Shown: positions 46,486 through 55,659 of the stretch, one piece after another
Layout of the letters: every line of letters begins with the position of its first letter
Position numbering within the stretch: the stretch's first letter is position 1
Assembly (NCBI GenBank): GCA_965248355.1
Contig: OZ252098.1
Location: 907,099 to 971,098, forward strand
Reading direction: 5' to 3'
Origin: Candidatus Latescibacterota bacterium
Lineage (GTDB): Bacteria; Latescibacterota; UBA2968; UBA8231
DNA length: 64,000 bases
Made by a program: the position numbers and the translations under genes
The notes under the pieces: generated by a model
Seen by the model: the letters and a program-made list of their open reading frames with translations, nothing else
The model's database searches: none
Told to the model about the DNA's origin: nothing

Positions 46486-48286
46486 CCTCGTAACGACTCC
46501 CCGGCCGGCCCCCTGACGGCAGGCTGACCGAGGTCTCCAGGGCGAGCTCAGGGATCAGCAGCAGGCCCCGCCGCCCCCTCACGTCGATCAGCTCCGCTTC
46601 GCCCTGCCATCCGGGCCGCTGTTGCAGCCAGGCCAGGGTCCAGTGGCGGTTGGCGAGCCGTTCGGTGGTGCGCACCGCCCTGGACGCGGCCTCGGCCTGT
46701 GCCCCGCGCTCCAGCATCCGCCCTTCGTCGAGTGGCTCGGTACCCGTCGCCCAGGCCCGGAGCTGCTGATGGACGAGCAGATCGAGATAGCGGCGCAGGG
46801 GGCTCGTTGCGCGCACATAGGCCTGCAGTCCCAGGCCCTGGTGCGGCGCCGGCTCTCCGCTGACGCGGGCGGGAGCCTGTCGGCGGCGCAGGGAGAAGGC
46901 GGCGGCCAGGGACCCCTCCGGGGCCGGCTGGACCGCGTCGATGGCGGGGTTCGCCTGCTGCACGGAGAACGGCATGGGGACCCCGCTCTCGGCGGCCCGG
47001 CGGGCCGTCCCTTCGCCGGCCAGCACCATGGCCTCGGCCACCATCCTCCGGATCGGGGAGGGCACGAGGGGCTCGATGTCGATGACCGGCCCCTCCCTCT
47101 CACCGCTGACGCGGATGCGCGCTTCCGGCCACTGCAGGTCGAGGGCCCCTGCGGCCATCCTCCGGAAACGGGCCAGATCGGTCAGCTGCACCAGCTGCTC
47201 GAGGATCGGGTTCCCGGCCCGGCGTTCCTGGGCGGCTCCATAGCTCAACCGCTCGACCCGCACCTGGGAAAGCAGGAAACCGCACTCCGTGACCGAGCCC
47301 TCGCCGTCGAGCACAAGGCGAAAGGACAGGGCTGGCGACTCCCCCCCTTCGCCCAGGCCCAGCGCCAGTCCATCCACCACCCGGCCCGGCAGCATCGGCA
47401 CCTGGCCATCGGGCAGATAGAGGGTGGCCCCTCGTCCCCGGGCCTCCAGGTCCGCCGGGGTGTCCGGGGCCACCACGGAGGCCACGTCGGCCACGTGCAC
47501 CCAGATGGCTCCGTCCTCGTCCAGGGAGACGGCGTCGTCGGGATCGCGGCTGCCTTCGTCGTCTATGGCGAAGGCGGGCATATGGGTGAGATCCCGCCGG
47601 GGCTCGGAGGCTGGATCTCCGACGGGCGCACGGGGCGCCTCCAGGGAGAGTCCGTTCCTGGCGGCGTAGGGCAGGTCGCTCACCGACCAGTGGCCGATTT
47701 CCAGCAGCAGAGCATGTGCGTTCTCCGCCGTCTCGGCGCGGCCCAGCTCCTTCAGCAGGGAGGAACCCTGGCGGCGGCCCCGGGCCAACTCCTCCAGGGG
47801 GCGGAGGAAGTCGTCGTCCCCGGCGGCCGCGGCGCCGCGGCGCATGCGGTCGACAAAGGCGGACCAGGCTTGGGCCCGCAGGGCCGCCTGCTCGCGGCGG
47901 AGGCTCTCCTCGGCCACCTCCCCGGAGGAGCGGGCGAGCACGGCCTCCGGCGATCCGGAGAAGTGCAGACCGTCGGCGACCAGTCGCCAGCTGGCCCATA
48001 CGGCGGCCGGTGTGACGCCGCCGAAGAGGAGCTCGGCGAGAGTCGCCAGATCGCAGGAGCCTTCGCCGTGGAGCAGGTCGCGCACCACGTCGACGGGCTC
48101 GACCGGTTCCGGGGCGGAGAGGCCGGCCAGCGTACAGGGTCCGGGATGCAGCAGCGTCACGTCTTTCGGCCGAACGCGGCGCAATCCACCCTCGGTCTCG
48201 ATTTCCAGGCGGTTCGTCCCGGGTTTCTTGACGCAGGCTTGACGGCCCTTGTAGAGTACGAGCCCGCCTGTGGGCAGTTCACTCAT
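46421..48286 (-). CDS. RNB-domain exoribonuclease (RNase II/R family)
   Basis: Start ATG at 48286 preceded by GGAGGATCGGGA. Motifs: AIDDEGSRDPDDAVS, ATLYLPDGQVPMLP, TSPLRRYLDLLVHQQL. Confidence 0.85.
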   Translation of the reverse strand: MSELPTGGLVLYKGRQACVKKPGTNRLEIETEGGLRRVRPKDVTLLHPGPCTLAGLSAPEPVEPVDVVRDLLHGEGSCDLATLAELLFGGVTPAAVWASWRLVADGLHFSGSPEAVLARSSGEVAEESLRREQAALRAQAWSAFVDRMRRGAAAAGDDDFLRPLEELARGRRQGSSLLKELGRAETAENAHALLLEIGHWSVSDLPYAARNGLSLEAPRAPVGDPASEPRRDLTHMPAFAIDDEGSRDPDDAVSLDEDGAIWVHVADVASVVAPDTPADLEARGRGATLYLPDGQVPMLPGRVVDGLALGLGEGGESPALSFRLVLDGEGSVTECGFLLSQVRVERLSYGAAQERRAGNPILEQLVQLTDLARFRRMAAGALDLQWPEARIRVSGEREGPVIDIEPLVPSPIRRMVAEAMVLAGEGTARRAAESGVPMPFSVQQANPAIDAVQPAPEGSLAAAFSLRRRQAPARVSGEPAPHQGLGLQAYVRATSPLRRYLDLLVHQQLRAWATGTEPLDEGRMLERGAQAEAASRAVRTTERLANRHWTLAWLQQRPGWQGEAELIDVRGRRGLLLIPELALETSVSLPSGGRPGSRYEVRVRHVDLPRLDLQADLKEAS

Positions 48287-48377
48287 TCCCGATCCTCCGT
48301 CCTCTTCGTGCAAAGCTGCACCCGCCCCTGCCGGCTGTCCACGGCGGCCTTTCCCGGCGGCCCCCGCTAGGCTCGGC

Positions 48378-49871
48378 GTGTCCCGGGATCTCTCTCTCGG
48401 CATCGACCTGGGCACCACCAGCGTCAAGGTCCTGCTGCTCCACCGGAGCGGACGGGTGGAGGCGACCGCCTCGGCCGGCTACCCCCTGCACACCCCGAGG
48501 CCCCGGTGGGTCGAGCAGGAGCCGGGGGACTGGTGGCGGGCCACGTGCGAGGCCTTGCGCCAGGTTCTGCGGGCGATAGAGCCCGGCCGCATCGACGGAC
48601 TCTCCCTTTCGGGGCAGCTGAACGGCGGGCTCTTCCTCGACGAGAGGCTGGAGCCGCTGCGACCGGTGCCGATCTGGCTCGACCACAGGGCCGAGGAGGT
48701 CTGCCGGCGGGTGCATGCCAGCAGGGCGGCGGCTTGTCTGCTCGAGAGGGCCCGGCAGCGCTTGACGCCCGTCAACACGCTGGCCAAGATCCTCTGGGTG
48801 CGCGACCACGAACCGGAGGTGTACGAGAGGACCCGCGTCGTCCTGCTGCCGAAGGACTGGCTTCGCCTGCGCCTCACCGGCAGCCCGGGCACCGACCTGA
48901 CCGATGCCTCGGTGACCGCCGCCCTCGACCTGCAGGAGGGATGCTGGTCGTCGGAGATCCTCCAGGCCCTGGGTGTGGACGAGGGCCTGTTTCCATCCCT
49001 GTCCCGGTCGACCGACGTGGTCGGCGCCGTCACCGAGGAGGCGGCGGCCGCCACCGGACTGCCGGCCGGCATCCCGGTGTGCGCCGGAGGCGGGGACATG
49101 CCCTGTCTGGCGGTCGGCAGTGGCGTGGTTCGTCCGGGGGTCGTCTCCCTGGGGATCGGCACCGCCGCCCACGCCACGACCTACGCTCCACGGCTCGAGA
49201 CCGCTTCGGAGGCCGCCACCGAGGGGTTGTGGCCCATGTGTCATCCCGACGCCCGCGGCTACGCCTGGCTCGGCTGCTCCTTCACCGGGGGCGAGAGTCT
49301 GCGCTGGCTCACCGGGGTCCTGGAAGCCGGCTTCGAGGACCTGCTGGCCGGCGCCGCCGGAATCGATGCCGGGAGTGAAGGACTGGTCTTCGCCCCCTGG
49401 CTGGAAGGCCGGGCCACCCCGGGCCCCGACCCCTCCGCCCGGGGATGCTTCCTGGGACTGAGCCTGCGCCACGGCCGCGGCCACATGGTCCGCGCCGTCC
49501 TGGAGGGTGTGGCCTACGACCTGCGAGAGTCGCTGGAGTGCTTCCGTCTGGCCGGACTGGAGGAGCACGAGATCCGCATCGGGGAAGGGGGCCTGCGCTC
49601 CGCCTTGTGGCGGCAGATCGTGGCGGACGTGGTTGGCGTTCCGGTGCGGGTCCTGGCCGTGGAAGATCCATCCGCTCTCGGCGCGGCCCTGATCGCCGCC
49701 GTCGGAACGGGGATGTTCGACGACTTCGAGGAGGCCTGCGACGCGGCGGTAGGGCTGGCCGGGAGGGTGGAACCGGAGGACGAGGCGCGCTCGGTCTACG
49801 AGGAGGGGTTCGAGGAGTACCAACAGATCTATCCCGCCCTGCGGGACTGGCACGGAGCCCGCGGCGCGTGA
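48378..49871 (+). CDS. FGGY-family carbohydrate kinase (xylulokinase-like)
   Basis: GTG 48378 within ORF 48270..49871 gives VSRDLSLGIDLGTTSVK. Motifs: GGGDMPC, GGESLRWL and GGLRSALWRQIVADV. Confidence 0.87.
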   Translation: MSRDLSLGIDLGTTSVKVLLLHRSGRVEATASAGYPLHTPRPRWVEQEPGDWWRATCEALRQVLRAIEPGRIDGLSLSGQLNGGLFLDERLEPLRPVPIWLDHRAEEVCRRVHASRAAACLLERARQRLTPVNTLAKILWVRDHEPEVYERTRVVLLPKDWLRLRLTGSPGTDLTDASVTAALDLQEGCWSSEILQALGVDEGLFPSLSRSTDVVGAVTEEAAAATGLPAGIPVCAGGGDMPCLAVGSGVVRPGVVSLGIGTAAHATTYAPRLETASEAATEGLWPMCHPDARGYAWLGCSFTGGESLRWLTGVLEAGFEDLLAGAAGIDAGSEGLVFAPWLEGRATPGPDPSARGCFLGLSLRHGRGHMVRAVLEGVAYDLRESLECFRLAGLEEHEIRIGEGGLRSALWRQIVADVVGVPVRVLAVEDPSALGAALIAAVGTGMFDDFEEACDAAVGLAGRVEPEDEARSVYEEGFEEYQQIYPALRDWHGARGA

Positions 49872-50110
49872 AGTCCCGACCCCCAGCCGAGGTGGAGGGA
49901 CTCCGCGACGAGCCCCGGCGGCATCCGCTGGTATGGGTGGTGTACCTGCTGCTGTTCGCCGGCGCCGTTCCCTGGTACTGGCCCACGGGCTACCGGGGCC
50001 CGCTCGTCCTCGGCCTGCCTCTGTGGGCCGCCGTGAGCCTGGGCGCCGTGGTGCTCATGGCCCTGTGGACGGGGTTCGTGATCCGGCGCTGGTGGCGGGA
50101 GGAGGACTGA
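49868..50110 (+). CDS. DUF3311-like small membrane subunit of the SSS transporter
   Basis: GTGA overlap with the kinase stop. 80 aa with two TM helices and a W/P-rich loop (PWYWPTGYRGPLVLGLPLW). It lies immediately before an SSS gene, as is typical. Confidence 0.7.
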   Translation: MKSRPPAEVEGLRDEPRRHPLVWVVYLLLFAGAVPWYWPTGYRGPLVLGLPLWAAVSLGAVVLMALWTGFVIRRWWREED

Positions 50111-51574
50111 ATGGAATCCGGATCCGGCTTCGGCATCGGCGCCCTCCTTCTCATCGGCCTCTACCTGGTCATGATGATCGGCGTCGGCTGGATCGGCCGA
50201 ATGCGGCGCCAGAGCGACAGCATGGCCGACTTCTACCTGGCCGGGCGCTCCATGGGCCTGCCGGTGCTGCTGCTGACCCTGTACGCCACCCAGTACAGCG
50301 GCAACACCCTGTTCGGGTACACGGGCAAGGCCTACCGGATCGGGTTCGAGTGGACGGTTTCGGTCATGTTCATGTTCTCCATCATCGTCGGCTACCTCCT
50401 CTTCGCGCCACGGCTGGTGGTCCTGGCCCGGCGCCTGGAGTTCATCACCCCGGGCGACTACATACGGCACCGCTTCGGCTCGCCCTTCCTGACCCTGCTG
50501 GCCACCCTGCTCATGATCTACGCCCTCGGCAACTACACCCTGGCGCAACTCAAGGCGATGGGGGTGGCGGTGGAGGGGATCACCGACGGCGGCATCCCCT
50601 CGGCCTACGGCATCATCGCCCTGGCGGTGATCATGGTCGTCTACGAAACCCTCGGGGGCATGCGCTCCGTGGCCTGGACGGACGTCATCCAGGGCGTCGT
50701 CCTGCTCACCGGCTTCTCCATTCTCCTGTTCCTGGTGCCCGGGCTCGGCGGCGGCCTGACGGCGATCGTGGAGGAGCTGAGCGTGAGCGAGCCCGCCATG
50801 GTCGGGGCGCCCTCCCTGGAGATGTGCAACACCTGGATCAGCTTCGTCCTGCTCCTCGGCTGCGGCGCCGCCATCTATCCCCAGGCCATCCAGCGGCTCT
50901 ACGCCAGCCGCTCGGTGAGCGTCCTCAAGCGGTCGCTCACGATCATGGCCTTCCTGCCCCTGACGACGACCCTGATCGCCCTCCTCTGCGGCCTCACGGG
51001 GCGCGTCGTACTCCCGGGCCTGGAGGGGGTCGAGACCGATCAGGTCCTCGGCCGTCTCTGCGCTCTGATCATGGAGCAGTCCGTGGCCGGTTACTGGCTC
51101 GTGGTGGTGATCTTCGCCGCCGCCCTCGCCGCCCTCATGTCCACGGCCGACTCCGCCCTGCTGAGCATCTCCTCCATGTTCACGCGCGACATCTACCAGG
51201 TCCACCTGCGGCCCCAAGCGGCCCAGTCGGAGTTGACCCTGGTGGGCAAGATCGTCTCCTGGGTGGTGGTGGCCGTGCTCGTGGTCATCGCCATCAGCAC
51301 CGAGAAGACCCTCGTGCGCCTGCTGGAGCTGAAGTTCGAGGTCCTCATCCAGATCGTGCCCTGCTTCTTCCTCGGGCTGTACTGGCGCCGGCTGCGGACC
51401 CGGGTGGTCACGGCCGGCCTGCTCACGGGCCTGGCCATCGCCCTCGGCCTGACCGCCGCCGGCGTGAGCAAGCTCTACGGCTTCCACGCCGGCGTCGTCG
51501 GTCTGGGCGCCAACTTTCTCATCTGCGCCGCCGGCTGCCTGCTGGCGCCGGCGGAAAGGGAGGACGAAGGGTGA
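50111..51574 (+). CDS. sodium:solute symporter (SSS) family transporter
   Basis: 487 aa, 13 predicted TM helices, DFYLAGRSMG motif. Starts 1 nt after the DUF3311 stop. Confidence 0.9.
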   Translation: MESGSGFGIGALLLIGLYLVMMIGVGWIGRMRRQSDSMADFYLAGRSMGLPVLLLTLYATQYSGNTLFGYTGKAYRIGFEWTVSVMFMFSIIVGYLLFAPRLVVLARRLEFITPGDYIRHRFGSPFLTLLATLLMIYALGNYTLAQLKAMGVAVEGITDGGIPSAYGIIALAVIMVVYETLGGMRSVAWTDVIQGVVLLTGFSILLFLVPGLGGGLTAIVEELSVSEPAMVGAPSLEMCNTWISFVLLLGCGAAIYPQAIQRLYASRSVSVLKRSLTIMAFLPLTTTLIALLCGLTGRVVLPGLEGVETDQVLGRLCALIMEQSVAGYWLVVVIFAAALAALMSTADSALLSISSMFTRDIYQVHLRPQAAQSELTLVGKIVSWVVVAVLVVIAISTEKTLVRLLELKFEVLIQIVPCFFLGLYWRRLRTRVVTAGLLTGLAIALGLTAAGVSKLYGFHAGVVGLGANFLICAAGCLLAPAEREDEG

Positions 51575-52695
51575 AGATCACCTCCGTGGACATATGGACC
51601 GTCGTGGTGCCGACGATCCCGGGGCGGGTGCATAGCCCGGAATGGGTCCCCGAGACGGGCTGGGACCAGGTGCCCAAGCATCTCCTGCGGCTGAACACGG
51701 ACACCGAGCTGCACGGGATCGGGGAGACGGGACGGGGTGTCCCCCTGGACCAGGTGCAGGAAGGGGCGCGGCTCCTGCTCGGCAGCGATCCCGAGAGGTT
51801 GTGTCTCCGGGACATCTACAGCGTGCCCTGCGGGCGGGTCCTCGACGGCAGCGAACGCGGAGTGCCGGCCGGGGTGCAGCAGGGCCCCGCCTACGCGGCC
51901 TTCGAGATGGCCGTCCTCGACCTGGTGGGCCGTGCCCGGCAGCTGCCCGTCCACGCCCTGCTGGGGGGCGCCGTGCGCTCCCGCGTGCGCGCCGACTACT
52001 GGATCGGCCACCAGACCCCCGAGGACGGCAGGCGTTCGGTCGAGCGCGCCCTGCGGCTGGGGTTCCACGGGGTCAAGATCAAGTGCAAGCTGGAGGAGCC
52101 GATGGAGGAGCGCCTGCGCGCCATGCGCGACGCGGGGGGCGTCGACTTCAAGGTCACCGTCGACCCGAACGAGCGGTTCCATACGGCGGAACAGGCGATC
52201 GAGCTGGCCCACCGGCTCGTGGCCCTGGGCAACGTCGAGGTCTTCGAGGATCCGATACCGAAGTCGGACGTGGAGGGCTACGTCCGCATCCACGAGGAGG
52301 TGGACGCGCCCATCGCCATGCACCTGGGCAGCGGAGCGGCCATGCTGAAGGCGCTGGAGGCCGGATGCGTGGACTGCTTCAACCTGGGCAGCGGCCCCGT
52401 CCGGATGCCGGATCTGGCGCAGATCTCCGAGGCCGCGGGCCTGCCCTGCTGGCACGGGTCCGGCAACGACCTGGGGATCATGGACACCTCCTATGTCCAC
52501 GCCGCGGCCCTGGCCCCCGCCTGCACCATGGCCTCCGACTTCGTCGGCAGCTGGACCCGGGAGGACGACCTCATCGTCGAGCCCATCGAGTTCGTCGACG
52601 GCTACGTGGCCACACCGCAGCGGCCGGGCCTGGGGTGCGACCTGGACCTGCGGGCCCTGCCCAGGTACACCCGGGCCCACGAGGAGATCCGTTGA
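51571..52695 (+). CDS. enolase-superfamily protein (MR/MLE family), atypical; paralogue of 3213..4217
   Basis: GTGA overlap with the upstream stop. VKITSVDIWTVVVP, KxK (VKIKCK), DPN, FEDP and PGLGC motifs. Confidence 0.85.
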   Translation: MKITSVDIWTVVVPTIPGRVHSPEWVPETGWDQVPKHLLRLNTDTELHGIGETGRGVPLDQVQEGARLLLGSDPERLCLRDIYSVPCGRVLDGSERGVPAGVQQGPAYAAFEMAVLDLVGRARQLPVHALLGGAVRSRVRADYWIGHQTPEDGRRSVERALRLGFHGVKIKCKLEEPMEERLRAMRDAGGVDFKVTVDPNERFHTAEQAIELAHRLVALGNVEVFEDPIPKSDVEGYVRIHEEVDAPIAMHLGSGAAMLKALEAGCVDCFNLGSGPVRMPDLAQISEAAGLPCWHGSGNDLGIMDTSYVHAAALAPACTMASDFVGSWTREDDLIVEPIEFVDGYVATPQRPGLGCDLDLRALPRYTRAHEEIR

Positions 52696-54446
52696 TGGAT
52701 CCGCCTGCCGCGGCGCCGTCCCCCTTCACAGCCGCGGTACGGGACTGGAGGCGCTCCTTCGACGACCGCGGCTCCGCCCTTGGCCGGGATCTGCAGCAGC
52801 TCTACGGCGAGGAGTGTGAAGCCTGGCGCCGCCGATACGGGGAGGCCCTCTCGGCTTTCGTCGATCGGTATCCCGGGGGCGGGGAGGGACGCCCGGTGGT
52901 CATCAGCCGTTGTCCCGGACAGATGAACATCATGGGCATGCACATCGACTACGGCGGCATGCCCAGCCTGCGGCTGGCCGTGCGCGGCCACGACACGGTC
53001 ACCGTGGCGGCGGCGCGCGACGACGACCGGGTGTGCCTCCACAGCATCTACCAGGGCGACCGGGGCGCCGCCCAGGTCTTCGAGCCCGTGGACTTCCGCC
53101 TGTCGGACATGGCCTCCGCCGAGCCGCTGGCCTCGCGGCAGGACCTGATGGACTACGCAGGGACGGTGTGCACCCGCCGGGAGCGGGAGACGGGAAACAC
53201 CATGGACGACCACTGGGGCATCCTGCCCCGGGGCCAGCTCGTCTACCTCGACAGCTGGCTGCGGCTGCACGGCCGCCGGCCGCGGGGCATGGACGCTCTC
53301 CTGTTCAGCAACGTCTCGCCCTCGGGAGGCATGTCCTCCTCGTCGGCCCTGGTCATCTCCACCGCCTTCGCCGTCCTCGGGCTCCACGGCCTGCGGCCGG
53401 GCCGCGACATCTCCTGGGAGGACGTCATCGACGGCGTCGGCACCTCCGAGTGGATCCGGGGCACGCGGGGCGGCACGGCCGACCACGGCGGCATGGTCCT
53501 GGGCCGCGCCGGGCGGCTGGTGAGCGTCGGCGTCTTTCCCGCCCGGGACTGCGGCTCGGCGCCGCTTCCGGAGGAGTACGTGGCCGTCCTCCTCGACAGC
53601 GGGGTGCCCCGCGTCTACGACGAGGCCGGGAAGGAGGAGACCGTCCTCGCCTACCCGTTGGGCACCTACCTGCTTCGGGACATGCTGCTGCCGGGGCGCT
53701 TCGGCACCCCCGGGTGGGAGGGCTTGGTCCCGGGGTTTCGCGAGCGGGTCGAGATGATCCGCGACCTGACGCCGGAGAACCTGGGCCTCACCACGGCCCA
53801 GCTGTGCGAGCTGCTGGCCATGGTGCCGGAGCGCACCAGCCTGGCGGAGCTCGAAGCCGGCGCCCGCCGCTCCGGCGGGGGGGAGGCGTACGCTGAGATG
53901 CATCGGCGTGACGTGGGGGAGCGCTTTCCCCATACCCGGCCCGACTCCCCGATCCTGCTGCGGCGGCGGTTCGTCTTCGGCCTCGCCGAGCAGGACCGGG
54001 TGGCGGCCGCCGCCGACCTCCTGGCCGCCGGTGACGTGGGCACCGCTTTCGAGCTGGTTCGCCTGTCCCACGCGGGAGACCGGGATGCCGAGGTGCCCCG
54101 GGAAGAGCTGGCGTCGCTGGCCGAGACCTCGCTCCGAGGTGGTCCAAGGGCCCGCCTCGCCTTCGTGGCCGGCGGGTATGGACGCATGACGGAGGCCTAC
54201 GACCGCGTGGTGACGACCCTGAACGACTTCCTCGAGGGGTATGGGAAGGACGCCGGGGCGGTGCAGCGGCTGGGGGCCGGATGGGGCGGCAACCTGGGCG
54301 GGCTGATCTCGCGCCGGTTCCTCGCCGGCCCGGAGCGCGACGCCCTGGAGGGTGTCATCGCCGGTCTCGGTCTTCCGGCGGCCGATCTCGACCGCTCCGT
54401 GGCCACCCCGGGAGACGGCGCGTGCCTGCTGACCCTTCCCTCCTAG
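52695..54446 (+). CDS. GHMP-superfamily sugar kinase (galactokinase-like, 583 aa)
   Basis: TGATG junction with the upstream gene. Galactokinase signature RCPGQMNIMGMHIDYGG. GHMP motif II PSGGMSSSSALVIS. Long helical insertion/C-terminal region. Confidence 0.85.
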   Translation: MDPPAAAPSPFTAAVRDWRRSFDDRGSALGRDLQQLYGEECEAWRRRYGEALSAFVDRYPGGGEGRPVVISRCPGQMNIMGMHIDYGGMPSLRLAVRGHDTVTVAAARDDDRVCLHSIYQGDRGAAQVFEPVDFRLSDMASAEPLASRQDLMDYAGTVCTRRERETGNTMDDHWGILPRGQLVYLDSWLRLHGRRPRGMDALLFSNVSPSGGMSSSSALVISTAFAVLGLHGLRPGRDISWEDVIDGVGTSEWIRGTRGGTADHGGMVLGRAGRLVSVGVFPARDCGSAPLPEEYVAVLLDSGVPRVYDEAGKEETVLAYPLGTYLLRDMLLPGRFGTPGWEGLVPGFRERVEMIRDLTPENLGLTTAQLCELLAMVPERTSLAELEAGARRSGGGEAYAEMHRRDVGERFPHTRPDSPILLRRRFVFGLAEQDRVAAAADLLAAGDVGTAFELVRLSHAGDRDAEVPREELASLAETSLRGGPRARLAFVAGGYGRMTEAYDRVVTTLNDFLEGYGKDAGAVQRLGAGWGGNLGGLISRRFLAGPERDALEGVIAGLGLPAADLDRSVATPGDGACLLTLPS

Positions 54447-55636
54447 AGGCCCCGTCCCTGCTGGAGGGCGTCCGGGTCCTCGATTTCACCCGCGTCCTGG
54501 CCGGTCCGTACGCGACCATGGTGCTGGCGGATCTCGGCGCCGAGGTGATCAAGATCGAGCTGCCCGGCGGCGGTGACGAATCGAGGAGCTTCGGTCCCTT
54601 CGTCGCCGGGGTCAGCGCCTACTATCTGAGCGTCAACCGCGGGAAGAAATCGGTCACCCTGGACCTGCGCACGCCCCGCGGCGCCCAGCTGGCCATGGAC
54701 CTCGTGGAGCGGGCCGACGTTCTGGTCGAGAACTTCCGCCCCGGCACCATGGCCCGCTTCGGCCTCGACTACAAGCGGGTCTCGGCGCGCAATCCGCGCC
54801 TGGTGTACGCATCGATCTCCGGTTTCGGCCAGAGCGGACCGTACTCCCACCGGCCGGCGTACGACGTGATCGTGCAGGCCATGAGCGGCCTGGCCTCGAT
54901 CACGGGCCTGCCGGGTCAACCGCCGGTCCGCGTCGGCTCGTCGACGGCGGATCTCAGCGCGGCCCTGTTCGCCTGTGTCGGACTACTGGCGGCCCTGGGG
55001 CGGGCCCGGGAAAGCGGGCGGGGCCGGCATCTGGACGTGTCCATGCTCGATTGCCAGGTGGCCCTTCTGGAGAACGCCGTCGCCCGCTACGACGTGACCG
55101 GGCAGGTCCCGGGTCCTCTTGGATCTCGCCATCCGGCGATCACACCCTTCCAGTTCTTCGCCGCCGCCGACGGATGGGTGGTGGTGGCGGCCGGCAACGA
55201 CCGCCTCTTCGCCCGACTCTGTCAAGTGCTGCAGCGGCCGGAGCTGGCCGCTGACGCTCGCTTTGCAGGCAACGCCGGGCGCACCGAGCACCACGGCGCC
55301 CTCGAGTCGGAGCTCGCGGCCATCTTCGCCAAGGGTTCGGTGGCCGAGTGGCTCGACCGCCTGGAGGAGGCCGGGGTCCCCTGCGGTCCCGTCAACGACG
55401 TGGCCGACCTGGTGCAGGATCCACAGGTCCGCTCGCGCGGGATGATCCGGCGGCAGCCCTGCGATGGGGAGACGGTGGCCGTTCCGGCCTCCCCTCTGCG
55501 GTTTGCGGGTGAGACGCCGGAGGTGGACCCGAGGCCGGCGCCGGACCTCGGTGAGCACACGGAGTCCGTCTTGCAGGAGCTGCTCGGCCTCGACGCCGGC
55601 GAGCTGGGCTCGATGCGGCAGGACGGCGTCATCTGA
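54422..55636 (+). CDS. family III CoA-transferase (CaiB/BaiF/Frc family)
   Basis: GTG 54422 within ORF 54281..55636. Motifs: VRVLDFTRVLAGPYATMVLADLGAEVIKIE, ENFRPG, YDVIVQAMSG (catalytic Asp region). Confidence 0.87.
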   Translation: MPADPSLLEAPSLLEGVRVLDFTRVLAGPYATMVLADLGAEVIKIELPGGGDESRSFGPFVAGVSAYYLSVNRGKKSVTLDLRTPRGAQLAMDLVERADVLVENFRPGTMARFGLDYKRVSARNPRLVYASISGFGQSGPYSHRPAYDVIVQAMSGLASITGLPGQPPVRVGSSTADLSAALFACVGLLAALGRARESGRGRHLDVSMLDCQVALLENAVARYDVTGQVPGPLGSRHPAITPFQFFAAADGWVVVAAGNDRLFARLCQVLQRPELAADARFAGNAGRTEHHGALESELAAIFAKGSVAEWLDRLEEAGVPCGPVNDVADLVQDPQVRSRGMIRRQPCDGETVAVPASPLRFAGETPEVDPRPAPDLGEHTESVLQELLGLDAGELGSMRQDGVI

Positions 55637-55659
55637 CCCTCCATCGAGAAAGGCATGGG

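Noticed and set aside
52450-52465. TGGCAC hexamers inside coding regions (52450, and within both 27-nt repeats at 56059 and 56524)
   Set aside because: They lack a TTGC element at the correct 12-nt spacing and lie deep inside genes, so they are chance -24-like matches.
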